Both the position numbers and the translations under genes were made by a program. Positions 11,072 to 19,121 of a stretch of 64,000 bases of DNA are shown here, piece after piece. Every line of letters begins with the position of its first letter. The first letter of the stretch is position 1. Below the pieces are notes generated by a model. It had not been told where the DNA came from and did no database searches. It worked only from the letters and a program-made list of their open reading frames with translations. The DNA is from Mycobacterium sp. (lineage in GTDB: Bacteria; Actinomycetota; Actinomycetes; Mycobacteriales; Mycobacteriaceae): the NCBI RefSeq assembly GCF_036490025.1, contig NZ_DASXEP010000175.1, forward strand, positions 54,335 through 118,334. The letters run 5' to 3'.

Positions 11072-11464
11072 ATGGCAACCGCACTGACCATCGGGAAGGT
11101 GGCCCAAGAAACCGGGGTCGCGGCCACCACGCTGCGCTACTACGAACAGATCGGTCTGGTGCCGGTCCCGGTCCGGGTGGGCGGCCAGCGCCGCTACGAC
11201 GATTCGGTGCTGGCCCGACTCGAGGTGATCGCGCTGTGCAAAGCCGCCGGTTTCGCGTTGGACGAGATCGCGGTGCTGTTCGCCGACGATGCACCCGGGC
11301 GTCCCGCCAGCCGCGCCCTCGCCGAGGCCAAGCTCGCCGAGATCGACGCGCGCATGGAGTCGTTGGTCCAGGCGCGCGCAGTCATCGAATGGGGGATGCG
11401 CTGCACATGCCCGTCAATCGATGCGTGCACATGCGGCATTCATCCGCCGGCCGGATCTTTGTAA
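11072..11464 (+). CDS. MerR-family transcriptional regulator
   Basis: The ATG at 11072 gives 130 aa. N-terminal HTH IGKVAQETGVAATTLRYYEQIGL followed by a coiled-coil dimerisation helix. Cys-rich C-terminus (CTCPSIDACTCG) suggests a metal/redox sensor. Confidence 0.85.
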   Translation: MATALTIGKVAQETGVAATTLRYYEQIGLVPVPVRVGGQRRYDDSVLARLEVIALCKAAGFALDEIAVLFADDAPGRPASRALAEAKLAEIDARMESLVQARAVIEWGMRCTCPSIDACTCGIHPPAGSL

Positions 11465-12690
11465 ACCACACCCTCTTTCATGACGAAGTCCACCTGACCG
11501 GTGACGTTGATATCGGCGAAGGGATCACCGGGCATCGCGATCAGGTCCGCGAGCTTGCCTTCGGCGACCACCCCGAGATCGTCGAGGCGCAGCAGTTCGG
11601 CGGCCACGCTGGTGGCAGCGCGCAAAGCCCGCAACGGTGTGATGCCGGTCGAGACCATCATCGGGAACTCGCGCCAGTTGTCGTGGTGCGGAAACATTCC
11701 GGCGTCGGTGCCGTACGCGATCCGAACGTCGCTGGCGGCCAAGCCCTCTGCCGCATCCAACAGGGCGCCACGATACTTCTGCATTTTGCGCCGCGAGTGT
11801 TCCGGAAGGGCGGCCCACAGCGGGTCGTCCTCGCCTTGACGGGCGCCGGAGAGGATCGTGTATTGGGTCGGCACCATGAACACGCCGGCATCCTGCATCA
11901 TGCGTAGCGTCTCGGCCGACGCGAGGTTGCCGTGTTCGATACTGCGCACGCCTGCCCGGACGGCGCGTTGGATACCTTCGTCGCCGTAACTGTGTGGGGT
12001 GACCGGGATTTCGAGGTCGGTAGCCGTCGCGACGAGAACGTCCATCTCGTCCTGGCTGTAGGTGGCGTGCCCGGGGTCGTCGGACGGTGAGGCGAAGCCG
12101 CCGGTGGCGCCGAACTTGATCCAGTCGGCACCGGCCCGGATTTGCTGCCTGACCCGGGTGCGGATCTCGTCGGCGCCGTCGGCCGCGGCCAATTCCAGTG
12201 GTCGGCAGGGGTCTTGATATTCGTCGGCGACCATGCCGCTGAAGTCGCCGTGGCCGCCGCGCGCGGAGATCATGTGCGGCGCCACCACCATCCGTGGACC
12301 GACGATGATCCCGGCGGCCAGCGCGTCGCGCAGGGCGATGGTGGGGTAATCGATGTCCCCGCAACCCAAGTCGCGCACCGTGGTGAATCCGTTCATCAGC
12401 AGCGCGCGCAGCACCGGCAACGACTTCAAGGTCTTCGTCGTGCTCGAATCGAGCGCCAGCAGCAGACCCACCGGGGGTGCCAACGTCACGTGAGTGTGGC
12501 AGTCGATGAAGCCCGGCGTCACGGTGTGCCCGGGCAGATCCACTACCCGCGCGTCTGCCGGTGCGTCGATCGCGTCAGCGACTCGCTCGATGCGGTCGTC
12601 GACGACCAGCACCTGGCGTGGCCCGGCTTGCGCCGAGATCCCGTCCCACACGTCCGCACCCGTGATCAGCGTTGCCGGCATCATCGCCAC
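11440..12690 (-). CDS. Metal-dependent amidohydrolase (imidazolonepropionase/prolidase-like superfamily)
   Basis: 416 aa. Motif GFIDCHTHV and later His/Asp ligands. Its 3' end overlaps the merR 3' end by 25 bp (convergent). Confidence 0.8.
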   Translation of the reverse strand: MAMMPATLITGADVWDGISAQAGPRQVLVVDDRIERVADAIDAPADARVVDLPGHTVTPGFIDCHTHVTLAPPVGLLLALDSSTTKTLKSLPVLRALLMNGFTTVRDLGCGDIDYPTIALRDALAAGIIVGPRMVVAPHMISARGGHGDFSGMVADEYQDPCRPLELAAADGADEIRTRVRQQIRAGADWIKFGATGGFASPSDDPGHATYSQDEMDVLVATATDLEIPVTPHSYGDEGIQRAVRAGVRSIEHGNLASAETLRMMQDAGVFMVPTQYTILSGARQGEDDPLWAALPEHSRRKMQKYRGALLDAAEGLAASDVRIAYGTDAGMFPHHDNWREFPMMVSTGITPLRALRAATSVAAELLRLDDLGVVAEGKLADLIAMPGDPFADINVTGQVDFVMKEGVVYKDPAGG

Positions 12691-12701
12691 CTTTCAAAAT
12701 T

Positions 12702-13523
12702 TCAGAAGCTGTAGCGCAGGATCCGCGCCGTGCGGGCACCGGATTTGGTCATGCCCATCACTCGGGTCGATACCCGGGCCGCGGGCGGATAGAGGGCGAT
12801 CTCCGGCGCGTGGGACAGGCTGCTCTCCTCGACCAGCCGCAGACGCGGACTCCAGCTCTCCGGGACCCGGGCATCGTTGAAACCCCGGTAGGCCCATTGT
12901 GTTCCGACGGCGCTGAAGACGATCTTCATGGCGGCGATGTTGAGCCGGCCGACTCGGCCATAGTCGTTCATCGCCACTTCGCCGGAGCCGAAGTACTCGG
13001 GGATGTGGCGGAACAGGTTGACGATCACTGACTCCGGTAAGAACGCCAGCAACCCGTCGGCGATCAGCATGGTGGGCCGATCGGACGGTATCTGGTCGGT
13101 CCACCTGTCGTCGGCCAGCGAGGCCGCGACCGAATAGGCGCGGTCGTTGGCGGGCACGACGTGGTCCCGCAGCGCGATCATGTTGGGCAGATCGACGCTG
13201 TACCAGTCCACCGTGGCGGGCGGCGCGACGCGCGGCATGGCGGTGCCCAGGCCCGCGCCGAGGTCAACCACCACAGCGTTGGGATGTTCGGCGACGAAAT
13301 GACGTACCCGGTCGTCGAGTAGCTTCGCGCGCAGCGCGGTCTGGCGTACCGCGCTCGACGGCACGCCCAGACCTTCGAAGTCGTAGTCGATTTTGGCGAC
13401 GATGTCGTCGGCCAGCGTGTCGCCGAGTATCGGCCTGGGCCAACGGCTATCGAGTGCACGGGCGTACTGGGTGACAAACGCGGTGTGCTCGACAGGCGTC
13501 AAGCCGGTGATCGCGATTCCCAT
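12702..13523 (-). CDS. Class I SAM-dependent methyltransferase (TcmP / leucine-carboxyl-MT-like)
   Basis: 273 aa with SAM motif VVDLGAGLGT. Lies 11 bp upstream of the amidohydrolase on the same strand. Confidence 0.7.
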   Translation of the reverse strand: MGIAITGLTPVEHTAFVTQYARALDSRWPRPILGDTLADDIVAKIDYDFEGLGVPSSAVRQTALRAKLLDDRVRHFVAEHPNAVVVDLGAGLGTAMPRVAPPATVDWYSVDLPNMIALRDHVVPANDRAYSVAASLADDRWTDQIPSDRPTMLIADGLLAFLPESVIVNLFRHIPEYFGSGEVAMNDYGRVGRLNIAAMKIVFSAVGTQWAYRGFNDARVPESWSPRLRLVEESSLSHAPEIALYPPAARVSTRVMGMTKSGARTARILRYSF

Positions 13524-13558
13524 ACCGGCAACGTACTCCCACGACTAGCCTCGGCTGG

Positions 13559-15391
13559 GTGACTGATTCGAAAGCCCAGCCACCGACCACGCTGTGCGAG
13601 GCATTCCAGCGGACCGCGGCGATCGATCCGGACGCGGTCGCGCTGCGCACACCGGGCGGCGGCCAGACGATGACCTGGCGGGAGTACGGGGAAGACGTGC
13701 GCCGGGTGGCGGCCGGCCTGCACGGACTGGGGGTCCGCCGCGGCGACACCGTGTCGCTGATGATGGCCAACCGCATCGAGTTCTACCCGCTGGAAGTGGG
13801 CGCCCAGCACGTCGGGGCGACCTCGTTCTCGGTGTACAACACGCTGGCACCCGAACAGCTGGCCTACGTGTTCGACAACGCCGGCACCAAAGTGGTGATC
13901 TGCGAGCGGCAGTACGTCGACCGGATCCGGGCCAGCGGTGCCACGACGGAGCACATCATCTGCATCGACGGTGCCGCCGAGGGCGCCCTGTCGCTGGATG
14001 ATCTTTACGCGGCCGCCGCCGACGACTTCGATTTCGACGCGACGTGGCGGGCCGTGCAGCCCCACGACGTGATCACCTTGATCTACACCTCCGGGACGAC
14101 GGGTAATCCCAAAGGGGTGGAGATGACGCACGCCCACCTGCTGTTCGAGGCGCAAGCCCTGGACGCTGTTCTGGGTGTTCAATTCGGCGATCGGGTGACC
14201 TCCTTCCTGCCGTCGGCGCACATCGCCGATCGCACCATGGCGCTGTACAACCAGGAGGTGTTCGGGGCCCAGGTCACCGTGGTCTCCGATGCTCGTGAGA
14301 TCGCCGCCGCGCTGTCCGACGTGCGCCCAACCACCTGGGGTGCGGTGCCCCGGGTGTGGGAAAAGCTCAAAGCGGCAATCGAATTCGCGGTCACCCAGGA
14401 GCCGGACGAGGCCAAGCGACAAGCTCTGCAATGGGGGATGTCGGTCGCAGCGAAACGGGCGGCGGCGCTGGTCGCCGGTGCAGACCTGTCCGACGAGCTG
14501 GCCGCGGAATGGGACCAAGCCGACGAGTTGGTGCTCTCGAAGCTGCGTGTCAAGCTCGGATTCGACGAGCTCAGGTGGGCGGTCTCGGGTGCGGCGCCGA
14601 TCCCGCGGGAGACGCTGGCCTTCTTCGCCGGCATCGGGATCCCGATCGCCGAGGTGTGGGGTATGTCGGAGCTGAGTTGTGTTGCCAGCGTGGCACATCC
14701 GAGCCAGGCGCGGCTGGGCACGGTCGGCAAGCTGTTGCCTGGCTTGGAGGCCAAGATCGCCGACGACGGCGAATACCTGGTGCGTGGACCCCTGGTGATG
14801 AAGGGCTACCGCGGCGAGCAGACCAAAACCGCCGAGGCGATCGACCCCGACGGCTGGCTGCATACCGGCGACATCCTCGACGTGGACAGCGACGGCTATC
14901 TGCGGATAGTCGACCGCAAGAAAGAGTTGATCATCAACGAGGCCGGAAAGAACATGTCACCGGCCAACATCGAGACCACGATCTTGGCGGCCTGTCCCAT
15001 GGTCGGCGCGATGCTCACGATCGGCGACGGCCGCCCGTACAACACCGCGCTGCTGGTCTTCGATGCCGACTCGGTCGGGCCCTATGCGGCCGACCTCGGG
15101 CTCGCCGACCCCTCGCCCGAGGCGCTGGCGGCGCACCCGCAGATGCTCGAGAAGATCTCGGCAGGGGTGGCCGCGGGCAACGCGAGATTGTCACGGGTCG
15201 AGCAGATCAAACGTTTCCGCGTGCTGCCGACCTTGTGGGAGCCGGGCGGCGAAGAGATCACCCTGACGATGAAACTCAAACGCCGGCCGATTGTGGCCAA
15301 GTACGCCACCGAGATCGAGGAGTTGTACGCCCGCGAGCCGGGCCCGGACATCCACCAGCCCACCCGCGCCGAGACAACGCAGCCGGCTTGA
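13559..15391 (+). CDS. fadD11: Long-chain fatty-acid-CoA ligase / AMP-dependent synthetase (FadD11-like)
   Basis: 610 aa with AMP-binding motif LIYTSGTTGNPKGV and later TGD...DRKK motifs. The paralog name comes from synteny only. Confidence 0.8.
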   Translation: MTDSKAQPPTTLCEAFQRTAAIDPDAVALRTPGGGQTMTWREYGEDVRRVAAGLHGLGVRRGDTVSLMMANRIEFYPLEVGAQHVGATSFSVYNTLAPEQLAYVFDNAGTKVVICERQYVDRIRASGATTEHIICIDGAAEGALSLDDLYAAAADDFDFDATWRAVQPHDVITLIYTSGTTGNPKGVEMTHAHLLFEAQALDAVLGVQFGDRVTSFLPSAHIADRTMALYNQEVFGAQVTVVSDAREIAAALSDVRPTTWGAVPRVWEKLKAAIEFAVTQEPDEAKRQALQWGMSVAAKRAAALVAGADLSDELAAEWDQADELVLSKLRVKLGFDELRWAVSGAAPIPRETLAFFAGIGIPIAEVWGMSELSCVASVAHPSQARLGTVGKLLPGLEAKIADDGEYLVRGPLVMKGYRGEQTKTAEAIDPDGWLHTGDILDVDSDGYLRIVDRKKELIINEAGKNMSPANIETTILAACPMVGAMLTIGDGRPYNTALLVFDADSVGPYAADLGLADPSPEALAAHPQMLEKISAGVAAGNARLSRVEQIKRFRVLPTLWEPGGEEITLTMKLKRRPIVAKYATEIEELYAREPGPDIHQPTRAETTQPA

Positions 15392-15393
15392 CC

Positions 15394-16620
15394 TCAGCTG
15401 GCCTTGGCTCGAGTGCGATGGGCGCGTATGGCAGTCGCCAATCCGCTTCGCCGCACATCGTCGCCTGCGAATGACGAGTCCGGTCGTTTCAGAACATTCC
15501 GGAACTTGTTCTCTGAGGCCGTTTCCGGTGCGTCGTCGCAGCTGGCGGAGAGATAGCGAATCGGCAGCGCCAATTTGCAGATGGTGCGCACCGTGAGCAG
15601 GTACTGGCGCATGAAAGAACCTGTCGTGTAAGGCAAGTCGTAGGTGACGCACAACGCGCGGACCCGCTCGGCGATCTCGGGTAGCCGGTTGCTCGGCAGA
15701 TCGGGGAACAGGTGATGTTCGATCTGGTAGCAGAGGTTTCCACTCATGAACGCCAGTACCGGTCCGGCCCGGAAGTTCGCGGTGCCCAGCATCTGCCGCA
15801 GATACCACTCCGGTTTCGTCTCGTCCTCCAAAACCGCGGCGGTGAACTTCTCTGCGCCGTCGGCGAAATGCCCGCAGACGATGACGATGTAGGCCCACGC
15901 ATTGCGAAGTCCGTTGGCCATCACGGTGGCTCCCAGGGTGCGGCGCCAGCGCCGCCGGCTCAACGCGGGAAAGAGCACATAATCCTTGACGGACTGGCGG
16001 ACCATCTTGCGGATCATCGTCTTGGTATGGGCAGATTTGGCGGCCTCGGTGTCCGCGCGATCCTGCACCGAGTACAGGCCGTGCATTGCGACACCCCATT
16101 CGAAGAGGGCCGCCAGCAGCACTGCGCGCAACGGCTGGAGCAAGTTGCCCGGCCGCCACTCCTGGTCGCGGGTGACCCGCATGACGCCGAAGCCGAGGTC
16201 GTGGTCCACGTCGACGACATTGGTGAAGACATGGTGCCGGTGGTTGTGCGAGGACATCCAGTGCGACGAAGGACCGACCATGTCCCATTCCCACGTCGCG
16301 GAGTGGATTTCCGGGTCGTTCATCCAATCCCATTGACCGTGGGTGATGTTGTGCGCGAGTTCCATGTTCTCGATGCACTTGGCCGCGGCCAACGCACTGG
16401 TTCCGACGATCCAGCCGAACCTGCGTTTGCTGGCAAGGATGGTCAGCCTCGCCGCGACCTCGAGGCAGCGCTGAAAGGCGATCGCGCGCCGGATGTACTC
16501 GAGGTCCTTGGTGCCGCGCGACTGCTCGATGTCGCTACGAATCGTGTCCAGCTCGGCCGCGAGCGCGGCGACATCCGCATCACTCAGATGGGCGTATTCG
16601 GGTACCTCGGCGATTGCCAT
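15394..16620 (-). CDS. Membrane fatty-acid (acyl-CoA) desaturase, DesA3-like
   Basis: 408 aa. Three histidine boxes: HNITH, HNHRHH, QIEHH. Hydrophobic segments lie between the boxes. Confidence 0.85.
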   Translation of the reverse strand: MAIAEVPEYAHLSDADVAALAAELDTIRSDIEQSRGTKDLEYIRRAIAFQRCLEVAARLTILASKRRFGWIVGTSALAAAKCIENMELAHNITHGQWDWMNDPEIHSATWEWDMVGPSSHWMSSHNHRHHVFTNVVDVDHDLGFGVMRVTRDQEWRPGNLLQPLRAVLLAALFEWGVAMHGLYSVQDRADTEAAKSAHTKTMIRKMVRQSVKDYVLFPALSRRRWRRTLGATVMANGLRNAWAYIVIVCGHFADGAEKFTAAVLEDETKPEWYLRQMLGTANFRAGPVLAFMSGNLCYQIEHHLFPDLPSNRLPEIAERVRALCVTYDLPYTTGSFMRQYLLTVRTICKLALPIRYLSASCDDAPETASENKFRNVLKRPDSSFAGDDVRRSGLATAIRAHRTRAKAS

Positions 16621-16848
16621 CGAGGCTTATCGATCACGGGCAGCGTCGGCGTATGCCCCTGTCCGCGCGACGGCGCGCGGCGGCCAGCTATACGGCTGGA
16701 GCATCTGCTTGACTCCCTGCTTGCCGGCTCTGCGCCGTGCGTCTGACCGTGGATTGTCGGTGTCGCTCGCAGACTCTACACGGGACGCATCACCAGATGG
16801 TCACTCCGAGATCTCAATGCCCTGAGCTGCGGGGCCTAAGGTGGCGGT

Positions 16849-17286
16849 ATGCCACTCGAAGGTGAATATGCACCGAGCCCGCTGGATTGGTCCCGTGTAC
16901 AAGCCGACAAGTACGCCGAATCCGGTGGAGCCGACGCCGCAGACATGAAGGGCAAGCCCATCATCCTGCTGACCACCGTCGGCGCCAAGACCGGCAAGCT
17001 CCGCAAAACGCCGCTCATGCGGGTCGAACACGACGGCCAGTACGCCGTGGTCGCCTCGCTGGGCGGAGCCCCGAAGAACCCGGTCTGGTACTACAACATC
17101 GCCAAGAACCCCCGCGTCGAACTGCAGGACGGTGACGTTACGCACGACTACGACGCACGCGAGGTCTTCGGCGACGAAAAGGCCGTGTGGTGGGAGCGGG
17201 CGGTGGCGGCCTGGCCGGACTATGCCGACTATCAGACCAAGACCGACCGGCAGATTCCGGTCTTTGTGCTCACCCCTGTGCACTGA
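16849..17286 (+). CDS. Deazaflavin (F420H2)-dependent nitroreductase family protein (Rv1558-like, Ddn family)
   Basis: 145 aa. Typical family signature [15 protein letters not shown]...[12 protein letters not shown]. Confidence 0.8.
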   Translation: MPLEGEYAPSPLDWSRVQADKYAESGGADAADMKGKPIILLTTVGAKTGKLRKTPLMRVEHDGQYAVVASLGGAPKNPVWYYNIAKNPRVELQDGDVTHDYDAREVFGDEKAVWWERAVAAWPDYADYQTKTDRQIPVFVLTPVH

Positions 17287-17314
17287 ACGCGCAGCTTGGT
17301 GGCACCATTGACCG

Positions 17315-18622
17315 GTGTCCGCCGAACTGAGTCAGAGCCCGAACACCCCGGGTAACGGGCCGCTGCCGTCCTTTTCGGCGGCCGATGTCGACAGTGCGGC
17401 GAAGCGAATTGCCGGGGTGGTCACACCCACCCCGCTGCAGCTTTGCGACCGGTTGTCCGCGACGACCGGTGCCAACGTCTACCTCAAGCGCGAAGACCTG
17501 CAGACCGTGCGGTCCTACAAGCTGCGCGGCGCCTACAACCTGCTCGTCCAGCTGTCTGAAGAGGAGATCGCCGCCGGCGTGGTGTGCTCGTCGGCGGGCA
17601 ACCACGCGCAGGGCTTCGCCTTCGCCTGCCGGACGCTGGGGGTTCGCGGTCGCGTCTACGTGCCGGCCAAGACGCCGAAGCAAAAGCGTGACCGCATCCG
17701 CTACCACGGCGGAGAATTCATCGAGCTGATCGTGGGCGGATCGACCTATGATCTGGCGGCCGAGGCGGCGCTCGCCGACGTGGCGCGCACCGGGGCCACG
17801 CTGGTCCCGCCATTCGACGACCCGCGCACGATGGCGGGCCAAGGCACGATCGCTGTCGAGCTGCTAGACCAGCTCGACCAATTCGGTGGGGAGCCGGACC
17901 TGGTGGTGGTCCCGGTCGGCGGTGGCGGGTGCATCGCCGGCATCACCACCTACCTCGCCCAGCAGACCACCAACACCTCGGTACTCGGTGTCGAGCCGGC
18001 AGGCGCGGCGGCGATGATGGCCGCGCTGGCCAACGGCGGCCCGGTGACCCTCGATCACGTCGACCAGTTCGTCGACGGTGCCGCGGTCAGCCGGGCCGGC
18101 CGGCTGACCTACGCCGCATTGGCCGCCGCGGGCGACATGGTGTCGATCACCACGGTCGACGAGGGTGCGGTGTGCACCGCGATGCTCGACTTGTATCAAA
18201 ACGAGGGGATCATCGCCGAACCCGCGGGTGCGCTGGCGGTGGCGGGTCTGTTGGAAGCCGAAATCGAACCGGGGTCCACCGTGGTGTGCCTGGTTTCGGG
18301 CGGCAACAACGACGTGTCGCGCTACGGGGAGATACTCGAGCGGTCGCTGGTGCACCTCGGGCTCAAGCACTATTTTCTGGTTGACTTCCCGCAGGAGCCC
18401 GGTGCGCTGCGCCGCTTCCTGGACGGCGTGCTCGGACCGAACGACGACATCACGCTGTTCGAATACGTCAAGCGCAACAACCGCGAGACCGGTGAGGCGC
18501 TGGTCGGCATCGAGCTGGGCTCGGCTGCCGGTCTGGACGGCTTGCTGGAGCGCATGCGGGCCACCGAGATGCAGATCGAGGCCATCGAGCCGGGCTCACC
18601 GGCCTACCGCTATCTGTTGTAG
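17315..18622 (+). CDS. ilvA: Threonine dehydratase (biosynthetic)
   Basis: 435 aa. PLP-lysine region SYKLRGA, glycine loop PVGGGGCIAG, and a C-terminal ACT-like regulatory domain. Confidence 0.93.
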   Translation: MSAELSQSPNTPGNGPLPSFSAADVDSAAKRIAGVVTPTPLQLCDRLSATTGANVYLKREDLQTVRSYKLRGAYNLLVQLSEEEIAAGVVCSSAGNHAQGFAFACRTLGVRGRVYVPAKTPKQKRDRIRYHGGEFIELIVGGSTYDLAAEAALADVARTGATLVPPFDDPRTMAGQGTIAVELLDQLDQFGGEPDLVVVPVGGGGCIAGITTYLAQQTTNTSVLGVEPAGAAAMMAALANGGPVTLDHVDQFVDGAAVSRAGRLTYAALAAAGDMVSITTVDEGAVCTAMLDLYQNEGIIAEPAGALAVAGLLEAEIEPGSTVVCLVSGGNNDVSRYGEILERSLVHLGLKHYFLVDFPQEPGALRRFLDGVLGPNDDITLFEYVKRNNRETGEALVGIELGSAAGLDGLLERMRATEMQIEAIEPGSPAYRYLL

Positions 18623-18659
18623 GCGTATGCGGTTCGGCGCCAACGCATATCGGCGTCGA

Positions 18660-19085
18660 TCAGCCCAGCAGTGCGACCGATACGTCGTTGGCGCGGAAGA
18701 TCGGCTCCAGCGGGATCGATAACCTGGCGGCCATGTCGGTCAGCGACTTCGACCACATCAGTTCGATGGTCGAGGTCGGCCCGCGTCCGGGCCCCGACAG
18801 CAGCAGAGCCACCGTGGTGCCCGGCTCCAGATCGTCGAGCAGGGTCCGTAGCGAGGACATCAGATTCCACACGACCGGGCCGCGGGGCCGAGGGCGGAGC
18901 GCCACCCGGCTGATCTTCTGGCCGAAGCAGCGGTCCGGTCCGATCAGACCGAACCACAGTAATCGTGTCCCAAACCCCAACGGCCCCATCAGCGCCCGCC
19001 ACCGCTGACGCAGATCGTCGATCGAATGCACCGGGTCGCAGGCGGTCTGGATGGGCGGTATCGGCAACAGCTCGGAATGGCTCAT
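18660..19085 (-). CDS. Hypothetical protein
   Basis: 141-aa ORF filling the ilvA-treZ gap with GC3-rich codon usage. I recognise no motif. Confidence 0.4.
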   Translation of the reverse strand: MSHSELLPIPPIQTACDPVHSIDDLRQRWRALMGPLGFGTRLLWFGLIGPDRCFGQKISRVALRPRPRGPVVWNLMSSLRTLLDDLEPGTTVALLLSGPGRGPTSTIELMWSKSLTDMAARLSIPLEPIFRANDVSVALLG

Positions 19086-19121
19086 CCGCGCATCATCAAC
19101 GGTCGCGCGCGGTGCCGGTAG

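Noticed and set aside
18621-18650. A hairpin (TATGCG-N12-CGCATA) between the convergent ilvA and the 141-aa ORF, considered as a bidirectional terminator.
   Set aside because: The stem is only 6 bp with a 12-nt loop and no flanking U/A tract. That is too weak to call from sequence alone.
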